In this document: positions 9,514 to 19,464 of the stretch, one piece after another
Layout: each line of letters opens with the position of its first letter
How positions within the stretch are numbered: position 1 is the stretch's first letter
The notes under the pieces: generated by a model
What the model saw: only the letters and a program-made list of their open reading frames with translations
The model's database searches: none
What the model was told of the DNA's origin: nothing
Source: an uncultured Verrucomicrobiae bacterium
GTDB lineage: Bacteria > Verrucomicrobiota > Verrucomicrobiia > Chthoniobacterales > Chthoniobacteraceae
Direction of reading: 5' to 3'
Length of the DNA: 64,000 bases
NCBI GenBank assembly: GCA_963769025.1
Contig: CAVYKI010000010.1
Span: forward strand, 416,001-480,000
Translations under genes and position numbers: made by a program

Positions 9514-10857
9514 TCAGTTGTCCGTGTTGTTCACGAATGCGCGGCGGATTTCGTAGAGCACGCGGCCGATGAGCCGGATGTCCTCGGTGATGATGCTCGC
9601 CTCGCCGGTCATGTCCTGTTTGAATTGCAGCCGCTTTTTGAAGCTCGTGACGAGCGGATACGGGATGTCCACGAGCACGAGGTTCGCCCCGTCGCGCGCG
9701 ACCATGGAGACGGACTGCACGCGGCCGGTCACGAGGCCGAATTCACGGTACGGGAAGTCGGCAAAGCGGATGCGGACCTTCTGGCCTGGCTTGATTTTTC
9801 CCGCGCCGCCCTGGTTCACCGACATGCGGCCGATGAGGCGCGAGGTCTCGGGCACGATGAGGAACACCTGGCGCCCGGCGGTCACGAACTGCTGGTCGCT
9901 CCAAAAATCGTAGAAGGCGACCACGCCGTCCGCGGGCGCGCGCAGGACGTAGTCCGCCTCCCACACGTCGATTTCGCCGCGGAGCTTGTTGAGGCTCACG
10001 CGCAGCTTTTCGCGCGCGAGCGTGAGCGCCTCGTGGCGGTCGTGCTCGATGTTGCGGAGTTCGCGCTCCATGCGCGACGCCTCGATCTCGGCATCGGTGA
10101 GATTCTTTTGCATGAGCCCGTCGCCGCGCATCTGGGAAAGCACGGCCATTTCCTGCTCCTGCAATTGCGCGGTGCTGATCGAGTCGCGGCGGTGCAGCAC
10201 TTTCAGCCGGTCGTATTTTTCCTGCGCGAGTTCGAGTTCGCGCCGGGTCATCTGCTGTTGCGCGCGCATGGCGGTGATCTGGCTCTGCTTGCCGGTGAGT
10301 TGCTGGCGCAGGAGGTCGCCGGCCTTCTGCGCGTAAGTGTCGGCGAACACGGTGCGGAACTGGTTGTACGCCCCGAGGAATTCCGCGTAGCCGTCCTGGA
10401 GGCGTCCGAGGCCCTCCTCGGGTTTGAATTCGATGTCGAATGTCGCAGCGTCGCCCGCGACGGCCGGTGCGAGACGCGCGAGCTTTTCCTTCAGCGCGAG
10501 AGCGACGGCTGCCTGCGAGGGGCTTTGGATCACCGCGAGGATGTCGCCCTTTTTCACCTTCTGCTTCTCGCTGGCCTGCAGGCTTTCGAGGTGTCCGCTT
10601 TGGCGCGCGACGACTTCCACGACGGGCTGCGTGCCGGTCACGCTGAGGCGCGCGGTGATCGTGTCGGGATACTTGATGATGACCGAAAGGATGAGCAGCA
10701 GCGTGAGGACCGCGGCGAGCATCGTGGTGCCGGATTGCAGCAGCCAGTGCGGCGGGCGGCCCATGAATTCGCGCACATCCGCGTTCATGAGCGCGAGCGG
10801 CTGCGGCGGCGGGATCACCGTGAGCGTGCGCTGGGGTTGAGGTTCGTCAGCCGGCAT
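9514..10857 (-). CDS. HlyD-family membrane fusion protein
   Basis: N-terminal TM, VKKGDIL lipoyl half-motif, long coiled coil, LRAPADG, FPYREFG. Confidence 0.92.
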   Translation of the reverse strand: MPADEPQPQRTLTVIPPPQPLALMNADVREFMGRPPHWLLQSGTTMLAAVLTLLLILSVIIKYPDTITARLSVTGTQPVVEVVARQSGHLESLQASEKQKVKKGDILAVIQSPSQAAVALALKEKLARLAPAVAGDAATFDIEFKPEEGLGRLQDGYAEFLGAYNQFRTVFADTYAQKAGDLLRQQLTGKQSQITAMRAQQQMTRRELELAQEKYDRLKVLHRRDSISTAQLQEQEMAVLSQMRGDGLMQKNLTDAEIEASRMERELRNIEHDRHEALTLAREKLRVSLNKLRGEIDVWEADYVLRAPADGVVAFYDFWSDQQFVTAGRQVFLIVPETSRLIGRMSVNQGGAGKIKPGQKVRIRFADFPYREFGLVTGRVQSVSMVARDGANLVLVDIPYPLVTSFKKRLQFKQDMTGEASIITEDIRLIGRVLYEIRRAFVNNTDN

Positions 10858-13079
10858 GGGTCGACGAAACCTCCAGTTCGAGTTGGTTGCGCACGAGCCG
10901 GTAGTACGCGCCGGCCTTCGAGACGAGATCGCCGTGCTGCCCGGTCTCCACGATGCGGCCCTGATCGATGACGACGATCTGGTCCGCGTCGCGCACGGTG
11001 CTGAGGCGGTGCGCGATGACGACGACCGTGCGGCCCTGCGCAAATTCACGGAGCGCCGCGATCACCGCGCTCTCGTTCTTCGTGTCGAGAGCGCTCGTGG
11101 CTTCGTCGAGGAAAAGGAAATCGGGATTGCGGTAGATCGCGCGCGCGAGCAGCAGGCGCTGGCGTTCGCCGCCGGAGAGTCCCTGCCCTTCCGCGCCGAC
11201 GACCGTCTCCGCGCCATTCGGCTGGTTGCGCACAAATTCCTCCATGCTCGCGAGCCGGATCGCCGCGCCCATGCGCATCGGATCGATCGTCTGGCTGCCC
11301 GGCACGACGTTCCTCGCAAACGTCCCGGAAAAAATGAATCCGTCCTGCATCACCACGCCGCAGCGCGCGCGCCACGCGTGTCCGTCGAGCGCACCGAGCG
11401 GCACATTGTCCACGTATATTTCGCCGCCGGTGGGGCGGTACAGGCCGAGCAGAAGTTTCAGCAGCGTCGTCTTGCCGCTGCCGCTCGCGCCGACGATCGC
11501 CGTCACTTTTCCCTGCGGGATGACGAGGTTGATGTCCTTCAGCACATCCGCGCGTCCGGCGCCGGGATAGCGGAAGCTGAGGCCGGAGATCGGTGAGCTT
11601 TCGCGACTCGGGAAAGTCGGACGTCGCGTGCGTTTCGTCCTCGTCCTCGTCCTTGTGGTCGTAGATTTCCTGCATCCGCTCGAGGCTCAGCCGCGCGTCC
11701 TGCGCGCTGTAGATGAATTCGATGATGCGGCCGATCGGCGAGTTGAGCTGTCCGACGATGTACTGCGTCGCGATCATCATGCCGAAGGTCATCTCGCCCT
11801 GCAGGACCGCGCGCGCGGCGAGGAATGAGATGAGGATGTTGCGGATGTTGGAAAGGACGGTGACTCCGAGGCGCTGCGTCTGCTTGAGCGCGAGGCTCTT
11901 TGCTTCGAGCTGGTAGTTGCGCATCGCGATGTGCTCCCAGTCCCACCGCTTGTCGCGCTGCAGGCCCTGGATTTTGATCTCGGGCATGCCGGCGACGATT
12001 TCCATCAGCGTGTCGCGCTCCTTCGCCTCGAGGACGAAGCGCTTGAAGTCGAGCATCCGGCGTTGCTTGAGAAAAATGAGGAGCCAGCCGACGGCGAGTG
12101 CCGAGAGGATCACGAAGGTGCGAGGATTTGCCAGCTGTAGAGTGCGAGCACCATCGCGAAGACGACGAACGTGAGCAGCGAGAAGACCACGTCGAGCGAG
12201 GACGACATCAGGAAGTCCTTCACGCGCCGGTGATCGCCGATGCGCTGCATGATGTCGCCGGCGGTGCGGCTGTCGAAGAACGGGCAGCGGGAGCCGCAGC
12301 AGCTTGCTCAGAAAATCCGCGATCATCGCGATGCTCACGCGCGAGCCGATGTGCAGGAGCAGCCAGCTCCGGATCATGTCCGCGGCGGTCTGGCTGAGCG
12401 CGAGCATCAGTTGCGCGGCGAGCAGGAGGTAGATGAAATGCAGATCGAGATTCCCGATGCCGTAGTCCACGACCGCCTGCGAGAGGAAGGGCAGGATCAG
12501 CTCCAACCCGAGACCGACGAACATCCCGACTCCGACTTGCAGGAGGAGTTTTTTGTAAGGCCGGAGGTAGTTGAAAAAGAACGCAAGCCCCTTGCGGCCG
12601 CGCTCCGCATCCTTGCGGCCCGAGGCGCTCTGCTCATGGAACGCGGGGGTGGTTTCCAGCAGCAGGTAGATTCCCGGCGCGTCGGCGGAAATGGGGGTTC
12701 CCGGCGGCGAACTCGCGCGGATGAATTCCTCCGGCGAATAGTCCACAAGGCCGTGCGCCGGGTCCGCGACGCGCACCTTGTTCCGCGTGAACTCATACAC
12801 CACGACGAAGTGATCCGCCTGCCAGTGTGCGATGCACGGCAGCGGCGCCTCGTCGCGCAGACGCATGTAGCTGAGGCGCACGGCGAGCGAGCGCAGGCCG
12901 ACTTTCTCCGCCGCCTCGGAAATGCCGAGCAGCGACACGCCGCCCTTGCCGATGTGGCAGAGTTCGCGCAGCCATCCCTGCGAAAATTCACGGCCGTGAT
13001 GCGTGCAGATCATCCGCAGCGCCGCGGGGCCGCAGTCCATGGCGTCGAGCTGCGGGTGGAACGGGAAACGTTTCTTCAT
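10847..13079 (-). CDS. Peptidase C39-containing ABC transporter (PCAT); frameshifts ~12282, ~12120, ~11590
   Basis: QLDAMDCGPA (catalytic Cys), HFVVVY..DPA (His/Asp), TM domain, GASGSGKT, LSGGERQR, LDEATSALD. Confidence 0.93.
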
Positions 13080-13094
13080 GCCCGTGCGCGCGGC

Positions 13095-14700
13095 CTAAAA
13101 GGAAAGATTGTGGCGCTGGGCGATGGTGCCATCGAGCTGGCCGAGCGTGGACCATGCGCCGAGGATGGCGAGGCGGGCTTCGAGCACGCGCATCTCGGAG
13201 GTGCGGAGATCCTCCTCGGCCTCCCGAAGCAGGCGCACGGGCACCGAGCCCTTCGCGATGCTGGAGGAGCTGCTCCTGCCACTTTTCCATGCTCGCCTTT
13301 TGCGAATGCCGCGCGGCGGCGAGCTGCTGCCGGCCGAACGCGATGGCACGGCAAAGTTCGCTGATGCGCTGACGCAGCCGCTGCTCGGCCTGCTCGCGGA
13401 GGACCTCGCTGCGCGCGAGTTCGGCCCGCGCGGTTTCGAGTTGCGCGCGTTCGGCGCGGAAAGTCCACGGCAGCGAAATCCGGGCGAGGGCGACACCTTC
13501 CCAGCCCCTGCCGCCGCTGCCGTCGGAGCCCGTCTTGTTCGACGCGCCGGAAAACTCCACCTCCAGCTTGGGCAGCATGTTGTTGCGCGCGCGACGGAGT
13601 TCCACTTCGCGGCGCTCGATTTCGTTGATGAGCAGCACGGCGATCGGCGCGTTTTCGAGCGCGCGCTGGATCGAGACGGCCGGGTTCGGATCGGCGGCAG
13701 GCATCGAGGCTTCGCGGATCGGTTCAAAGACCAGCCTCGATGCTGACACTCCCTGCGGTGCGCCGATCGCAAACCACAGTTCGTCCACGCGGTCGGACAC
13801 CAATTTGGTCGCGGACAGCCAGCGCTCCTGCGCGGTGGAGACGAGGACTTCCGCCTCCAGCACGTCGAGCTTCGATGCGGCACCCGCGGCCTGCCGTGCC
13901 TTTGCATCCTCGAGCACCGACTGCGCGCGGCGCAGGCTCGCGAGGAAATTTTTCTCGCTCAGCGCCGCGACCGCCGCGGCGAAATAGCCGGATTCGGCCG
14001 CACGGAGCATTTCGAGGATCTCCGCATTGCGCGTGGCCTCGGCCTGGTCGCGCAGCAGTTCGGCGATGCGGATGCCTGCGCGGTTCACACGCGGGTCGAG
14101 GCCGCGCAGCAGTTGCTGGCGCACCGTCAGCGTGTATTCCGAAGTCGTGCTGTTGACGTAGTCGTTGCGGAAATCGCCGGTGCTCGTCGCCACCTGCCCG
14201 GCTTGAAAGTCCACCTCGGTTCCCGTCACGAACCTTTTCGACACGCCGCCGCTCCCTGCGGCCTGCGACCATGTCCGGCCCTCGGGCGTGTCCGTCCGGA
14301 CCGTGCCGGTGAAGTTCGGATCGAATTGCGCCTTCGCAGTCTCGATGCCCGCTTTCGCGGTGCGTGCGGCGAAAGATGCGTCGCGGATCCGGAAGTTGCG
14401 CTGGATCCCGTAAAGCACGCAGTCGTCGAGCGTGAGCCGTCCGCTGGAGGCGATGTGCACCTCGGCAGGCGCGGCGCTCGGCAGACTGACCCGCGCGGGA
14501 GCGGGCGTCTGTTTCGCAATCGGGCGCGGCGCGGCGGTCCCGATGGCGCGTCCGTCCTCAGCTCCGGGCGCGATGGAAAATGCGCCGAAAAGGATCACCG
14601 CGATCGTCGCGGCGAGCGGCACCCCGGAGCCGCGGCGGCGCGGGCGGGGCTGCACACGTGGCGTGCTGGGCGTGCTCGGGCGGAAGTCAGAAGGTGTCAT
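13095..14700 (-). CDS. TolC-family outer-membrane efflux protein; frameshift ~13256
   Basis: LTLDDCVLYGIQRN, QQLLRG, GAASKLDVLEAE, NMLPKL helical-barrel pattern; upstream of the PCAT and HlyD genes. Confidence 0.85.
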
Positions 14701-14761
14701 CCAGTCGAAAGGCGATCGTGCAGTGCGGAATGCAGCATTGGGAGAGCAGGATACCAGCCTA

Positions 14762-14803
14762 GAAAAAGAAAAAGCAGGAAGGCACAAAGTCCTTCCTGCT
14801 TTT
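14762..14803 (-). terminator. Intrinsic terminator between precursor gene and tolC
   Basis: 13-bp perfect stem AAAAGCAGGAAGG / CCTTCCTGCTTTT, 8-nt loop, U-rich tail on the minus strand. Confidence 0.8.
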
Positions 14804-14876
14804 GAATCTTCCGACCCGGCGACGAAGTGGGACCCGCGGGCGGACCTTCAATCGGCACCGGGTTCCGTGCGGATGA

Positions 14877-15092
14877 CTACCAACCGCAGGGCTTCGGAGC
14901 GCAGCCGCGGCGGGACTTGCTGCCGGACTTCTTGCTCTTGGAGCCGCACTTCACCTTGGATTTCTTGCTCTTGCTCTTCTTGCACTTCACGGTCTTCACT
15001 TTCGTGACCTTGCAGCCGCCGCCGCCGGTGACAACTGCGGGTGCGTTGATTGCGTCGGACGCGAACTGGTCGAGGATGCTGATCTTCTTCAT
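14877..15092 (-). CDS. Putative double-glycine-leader precursor peptide with Lys/Ser/Cys-rich core
   Basis: MKKISILDQFASDAINAPAVVTGG|GGCKVTKVKTVKCKKSKSKKSKVKCGSKSKKSGSKSRRGCAPKPCGW; first gene of a PCAT operon; consistent AAG/AGC/TCC codon use; A/C-rich leader. Confidence 0.85.
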   Translation of the reverse strand: MKKISILDQFASDAINAPAVVTGGGGCKVTKVKTVKCKKSKSKKSKVKCGSKSKKSGSKSRRGCAPKPCGW

Positions 15093-15570
15093 GATTGTGT
15101 GTGTTTGTGTTTTGTTTGTTTAACTGACTGGCAGATTTCTCTGCACGCGCCTCGTTTCTTATAATTTACAGACACCGTCAACAAAAATAAGAAATAAAAT
15201 GCACGGACCGCATGCCGTAGATGACGAATTGTTTTTGACCGGGTGCATTTACCAAACGTCAAACCTGCGGACGCGCTACTCGGCCATGGCCGGCGCAAGA
15301 CGTTGCGAAACAGGGGCCGGGGGCGACGGCGCTTAGCACACCACCACTTTCCGGCCCGCGACAATTCCGGCGCAGGTGCCTGCGGGTCTGGATATTGGGT
15401 GACTTACCGGAGCCCCCAAGGATGCGATGCAAGCCTCCAGTGCGTTCGCAGAGAGAGCCCGGCTGCATGCGTGTCGCTTCCGCCATGCCCCGTCGTTCGT
15501 TCACGCGCCCTGAGGAAAATGCTACTGATGAGTAAATCTGGTATGTTTACTGCTACTTTCCATAATCAAG

Positions 15571-16215
15571 ATGCCTATCCACGAAACAAACCGCAACCCT
15601 TCCTCCGGGCCACTCCGCTGGTCAGAGCGAGCGACAGTCCCAGTCTGCCCGGACGCGGAATCCAAACCGCTCCGCCGTTCCCGCCGGGCATTCACCCTCG
15701 TTGAAACCTTGGTTGCGGCGACGGTGGTCATCATCGCGCTCGGCGCGATCTTTATGGTGAGCAGCCGATGCATGGGGATCGTCCGCTCCTCGCAGAGCGT
15801 GGGCGTCGCCTCGGCCATTTTGCAGGAGCGCATGCAGCAGTTGCAGGCCACGGATTGGGAAACGCTGACTGACAGCGATTCCTACACGGATCAGGTGTGG
15901 ACCGATCCGGAGGATGGGACGACGGAAAATGTCGCCGGCCTCCTCAAGAGCGCGACCCTTTCGGCGGGCGCGTTCCAATTGCAAAACGCCGTGGAAACGA
16001 TCCGCGTGTCGGCATACCGGCCAGTCGCGGTCGCCGCCGCGGAACCGGCAGCGATCGTTGCGAGCCGGACGGCCACCACGCCGACTCTCACATCCGCGAC
16101 GACAAATCTCGGGGATGAGAAAATGGTCCGCATCGATGTCCGGCTCACGTGGACCGAAGGCAAGGCAGGCCTCCAGCGCTCACTCGGATTATCGGCCATC
16201 GTGGCCCGCAGATAG
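15571..16215 (+). CDS. Prepilin-type (PilV-like) minor pilin
   Basis: RRA|FTLVETLVAA type III signal followed by a hydrophobic helix. Confidence 0.8.
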   Translation: MPIHETNRNPSSGPLRWSERATVPVCPDAESKPLRRSRRAFTLVETLVAATVVIIALGAIFMVSSRCMGIVRSSQSVGVASAILQERMQQLQATDWETLTDSDSYTDQVWTDPEDGTTENVAGLLKSATLSAGAFQLQNAVETIRVSAYRPVAVAAAEPAAIVASRTATTPTLTSATTNLGDEKMVRIDVRLTWTEGKAGLQRSLGLSAIVARR

Positions 16216-16224
16216 GACGCTCCT

Positions 16225-16842
16225 ATGAAAACACCACTCCCACGCCTCCGCCGCAAAGCCGGTTTCACGCTCGTCGAGATGCTGATCGGCGCCACAGCGG
16301 CCTCGATCTTCCTCGGAGGACTGATGACCGGGAGCATCGCGCTCCAACGCTCGCTTTCCGCGAACGATCAGCTCGCCCGCGCCCAATCGGATATCCTCCG
16401 CGTGTCCGATTACATGACGCGGGACATCCGCAACGCGACAACCATCAACACGGCGGCGACGGGCTCAGTGCTCCTCACGGTGACGACCGGGGACTATTAC
16501 AACCGGAACGGCACTCCGAACAACCCCGCGGACGACGTTCCCAATTCCCCCGTCCTCGGGCGCACCACGGCGAGCTACGGAGCCAGCCCCGTGAGCATCC
16601 GCTACCTGAAGAGCGGGACGCGCATCGCCCGCGAAGTCACCCGGATCGACGCCGGTGTCTCCACCACGACCACGACTTGGATCGCCGACAATGTGGACAC
16701 TCTCAGCGTGGCTGCGGATGCGAATGGCAACATCACATTCACGTCGGCGACTGCCATGAACTACCGCGTCCGGAAGGCAGGATTCGAAGTCCCCTCGCTC
16801 TCCTTCGTGATGTCTTCAAAACCCCGAAACTCAACACCGTAA
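16225..16842 (+). CDS. Prepilin-type (PilW/PulJ-like) minor pilin
   Basis: KAG|FTLVEMLIG, DYMTRDIRNA. Confidence 0.85.
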   Translation: MKTPLPRLRRKAGFTLVEMLIGATAASIFLGGLMTGSIALQRSLSANDQLARAQSDILRVSDYMTRDIRNATTINTAATGSVLLTVTTGDYYNRNGTPNNPADDVPNSPVLGRTTASYGASPVSIRYLKSGTRIAREVTRIDAGVSTTTTTWIADNVDTLSVAADANGNITFTSATAMNYRVRKAGFEVPSLSFVMSSKPRNSTP

Positions 16843-16847
16843 ATACC

Positions 16848-18584
16848 ATGCTCCTGTTCCCGAAAAAATCCAAGTCCACGGAAGGCGCCGTGCTCGTCGC
16901 CTCCATCCTCACCGTCGCAGTCCTGGCATCGATTTCCGCCGGCGTCCTGCTCACCGTCGGGGCCAAGCACCACGACAGCTACCACGCGGCAGGCTGGCGG
17001 GAAGCACTCACCGCCGCCGAATCCGGAGTCGAGCGGACCATGGCCGAGCTGCGCACCGCCATCGACGATCCAGCCAACGCATGGACCGGCTGGGTGGTCG
17101 TCGATTCGGCAGGGAAAACGGCGGCGTTACAGCAGATCAATCGCACTGGCCGCTGGCCGGCCGGCTACACCCTGCGCATGAACGCCACGCTGCCTCCGCA
17201 GGCCGGTGAGAGCCGGCAGACCCAGTACGCTGTGCTGGTCGATGTCCCCTCCACGCTGGCCACGACATCGAGGCGGTGGAACCAGTCGTATCGCATCCGC
17301 TCCACCGGCGTCACGGCGGTGCCCGGGGCGGCGATCGCCGCGGTGGACAAGCGCGACACACAGTTGCGGCGCCTGAGCCTCTTCATGGACCGGACGGTGG
17401 GCTTTCCCGGCAGCGGCTCGCAGCTCGCGAGGCCGCAGGCGACCAGGACCATCGAGGTCATCGCCAAGCCCGAGAGCGTTTACAAATACGGGGTGACTGC
17501 GGAGATCAACTTCAAGCTGAACAAGAAGACCATCATCGACGGCTATAATTCCAACTACCCGGAGAGTTCGACCAACGGCAAATACGATCCGACGAAACGG
17601 ACGGCAAACGGCGGCACGATCCTGGCCAACCGCTGGAAGAAGAAGCCGAAGCCGGATCAGGCGGCTGAAAAATTCGATGTCGGCAAGGCCACGATCTATG
17701 GCGACCTGATGGTCAAGGGCAGCATGAAGAACGTGAAGAATTTCGAGAACGTGCAGGGCAACAAGCTCACCAACGTGAGCATCGACACGCCGACGAACGT
17801 CGCGCCGGTGTGGACCTCGGTGACGGCAAACATCGCCACGTTGGACGGCAAAATCCCCGATGCACTGAAGGCGACCTACAAGACCGCAGAAAAGAATGCC
17901 AAGGCGGGCGGCCCGGTCGCCCAATTCGAGGCCAAGAGTGCCACGGCGGCGGCCGAACTGGCTGCCAAGGGGATGGAACTGCCCGGCGGCGCCGACCCTT
18001 CCAACCCGACGCGCTACAAAGTCGAGAAGATCGGCGTGGACAAGAAGACGGAATCGCTCGTCCTGAGCAATCCGCCCGGAGTGTCCGAAAGCTGGATTGA
18101 AATCTGGGTGACGGAGGAGATGAAGATCGAAAAGGGCGGCACGATGTTTGTCTCCAATGGCGTCCACGCGACGATTTACCTCGAAGGCAAGAAGGTCGAA
18201 ATCAAGGACACCAAGGCGGACAAGGGGGGCTTCATCATCGAAAGCGGCTTCGCCGGAGACCTGCAACTCATCGGCATCGAGGCAAAGGAAGACACCAAGA
18301 AGGAAACCGACGACGAGTATTCGCCGAAAAAGCGCAGCGGCAAGATCTCGATCTCCGATGCCGACTTCACCGGCGTGATCAATGCCCCGGACTGGGACGT
18401 GGACTTCAAGCCGAAGGACTGGGACAAGGATGACACCATCTACGGTGCCCAACTCTATGGCTCGGTCCTGGGACGCAAGGTCAAGATCGGCAACGGTGCG
18501 GACTACCACTACGACGCGGCGGTCACGGAGATCGGCAGCGTCACGATGTATTCGACCGCCGGCTGGAACGAGCTCGAGCGGTAG
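16848..18584 (+). CDS. PilX-like minor pilin with large Lys-rich C-terminal beta domain
   Basis: EGAVLVASIL..ALTAAESGVE PilX N-terminus; YRIRSTG; C-terminal GVINAP..YGSVLG..HYD. Confidence 0.75.
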   Translation: MLLFPKKSKSTEGAVLVASILTVAVLASISAGVLLTVGAKHHDSYHAAGWREALTAAESGVERTMAELRTAIDDPANAWTGWVVVDSAGKTAALQQINRTGRWPAGYTLRMNATLPPQAGESRQTQYAVLVDVPSTLATTSRRWNQSYRIRSTGVTAVPGAAIAAVDKRDTQLRRLSLFMDRTVGFPGSGSQLARPQATRTIEVIAKPESVYKYGVTAEINFKLNKKTIIDGYNSNYPESSTNGKYDPTKRTANGGTILANRWKKKPKPDQAAEKFDVGKATIYGDLMVKGSMKNVKNFENVQGNKLTNVSIDTPTNVAPVWTSVTANIATLDGKIPDALKATYKTAEKNAKAGGPVAQFEAKSATAAAELAAKGMELPGGADPSNPTRYKVEKIGVDKKTESLVLSNPPGVSESWIEIWVTEEMKIEKGGTMFVSNGVHATIYLEGKKVEIKDTKADKGGFIIESGFAGDLQLIGIEAKEDTKKETDDEYSPKKRSGKISISDADFTGVINAPDWDVDFKPKDWDKDDTIYGAQLYGSVLGRKVKIGNGADYHYDAAVTEIGSVTMYSTAGWNELER

Positions 18585-18689
18585 GCTGAGTTCCCACTCA
18601 CTGCGTCACACGAGTTCTTGCTGCCGCCCGCGGCGTCCTTTGGGACCCGCGGGCGCAGTGATGCCGGGACCCGGCACCCGCCCGCTCCC

Positions 18690-18810
18690 CACTGGGAGAG
18701 GGCCGCAACGTTGAAACCGCCGGCGGCGCGATGGGACTCCGCCGGGGGAGAAACCACGAGGCGGCACTCACGGAGATCGGCAGCGTCCCGAGGTAATCGT
18801 CCGGGGCGTT
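18690..18810. repeat. Degenerate copies of the 3' ends of both flanking convergent genes
   Basis: 18768-18787 is identical to 18523-18542 (TCACGGAGATCGGCAGCGTC); 18690-18745 resembles 18901-18958 (GAGGGCCG..ACGTTGAA.CCGCCGGCGG). Confidence 0.85.
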
Positions 18811-18899
18811 TTCGAGCGCCCAGTGGAACGCGACGTCACGGTGGATCCGCACTCAGGCAGACATACGGCACCAGCCCGCTTCAGACCGCGAGCTGGCGT

Positions 18900-19463
18900 T
18901 TACTGCGGGACGAGGGCCGTGACGTTGAACCCGCCGGCGGGCCAGTGAGGCTCGTCGGAGTCCGAGGAAAAGGATACGTCCAGGATCCTCACAAACGGTT
19001 CCTGCCGCTCGATCTCCGCCACCGCCAGCAGGAGCCCGCTCATGGTTCGCATCCCTTCCTGCCTCGGCAGATTCAGATGCCAGTAGCTCCGCTCGTACCC
19101 GGGGATGCCCGGCTCAGGGATCGCCACGTTCATGCGAATCCCGGCCTCCGCGATGCCCGCACTGCGCAGGTGCTTCTTCAGCCGCACGGGGAGCCACACG
19201 GGAGTCGGGTCCTTCGGAATGTCGCGCTGCAACGAATCCAGCGATGCGCGGGCGGCCCTGGCCGCGTGCTCCTCCACGCCGATCTCGCGAATCTTCCCCT
19301 TCGAATCGCTGATCCGCTGCCGCGCATCCGCGAGCTTTTGCCGGGACTCTGCCTCGCGCAGGCGGAGGGGGACAAGCCAGTGCGTGTTGAAATACCATGC
19401 GACGCCGACCATCGCGGCGCCCGCAGCAAACCGCTGGACATAGGTGAAAGCGGAGGACGGCAT
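18900..19463 (-). CDS. PilO/GspM-like inner-membrane protein
   Basis: N-terminal TM, coiled coil, AEIERQEPFVRILDVSF ferredoxin-like end; adjacent to pilins. Confidence 0.6.
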   Translation of the reverse strand: MPSSAFTYVQRFAAGAAMVGVAWYFNTHWLVPLRLREAESRQKLADARQRISDSKGKIREIGVEEHAARAARASLDSLQRDIPKDPTPVWLPVRLKKHLRSAGIAEAGIRMNVAIPEPGIPGYERSYWHLNLPRQEGMRTMSGLLLAVAEIERQEPFVRILDVSFSSDSDEPHWPAGGFNVTALVPQ

Positions 19464-19464
19464 C

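Noticed and set aside
14827..15123. Plus-strand 98-aa ORF over the precursor
   Set aside because: Its Leu/Phe-rich sequence is just the antisense of Lys codons. The minus-strand ORF has the leader, operon orientation and terminator.
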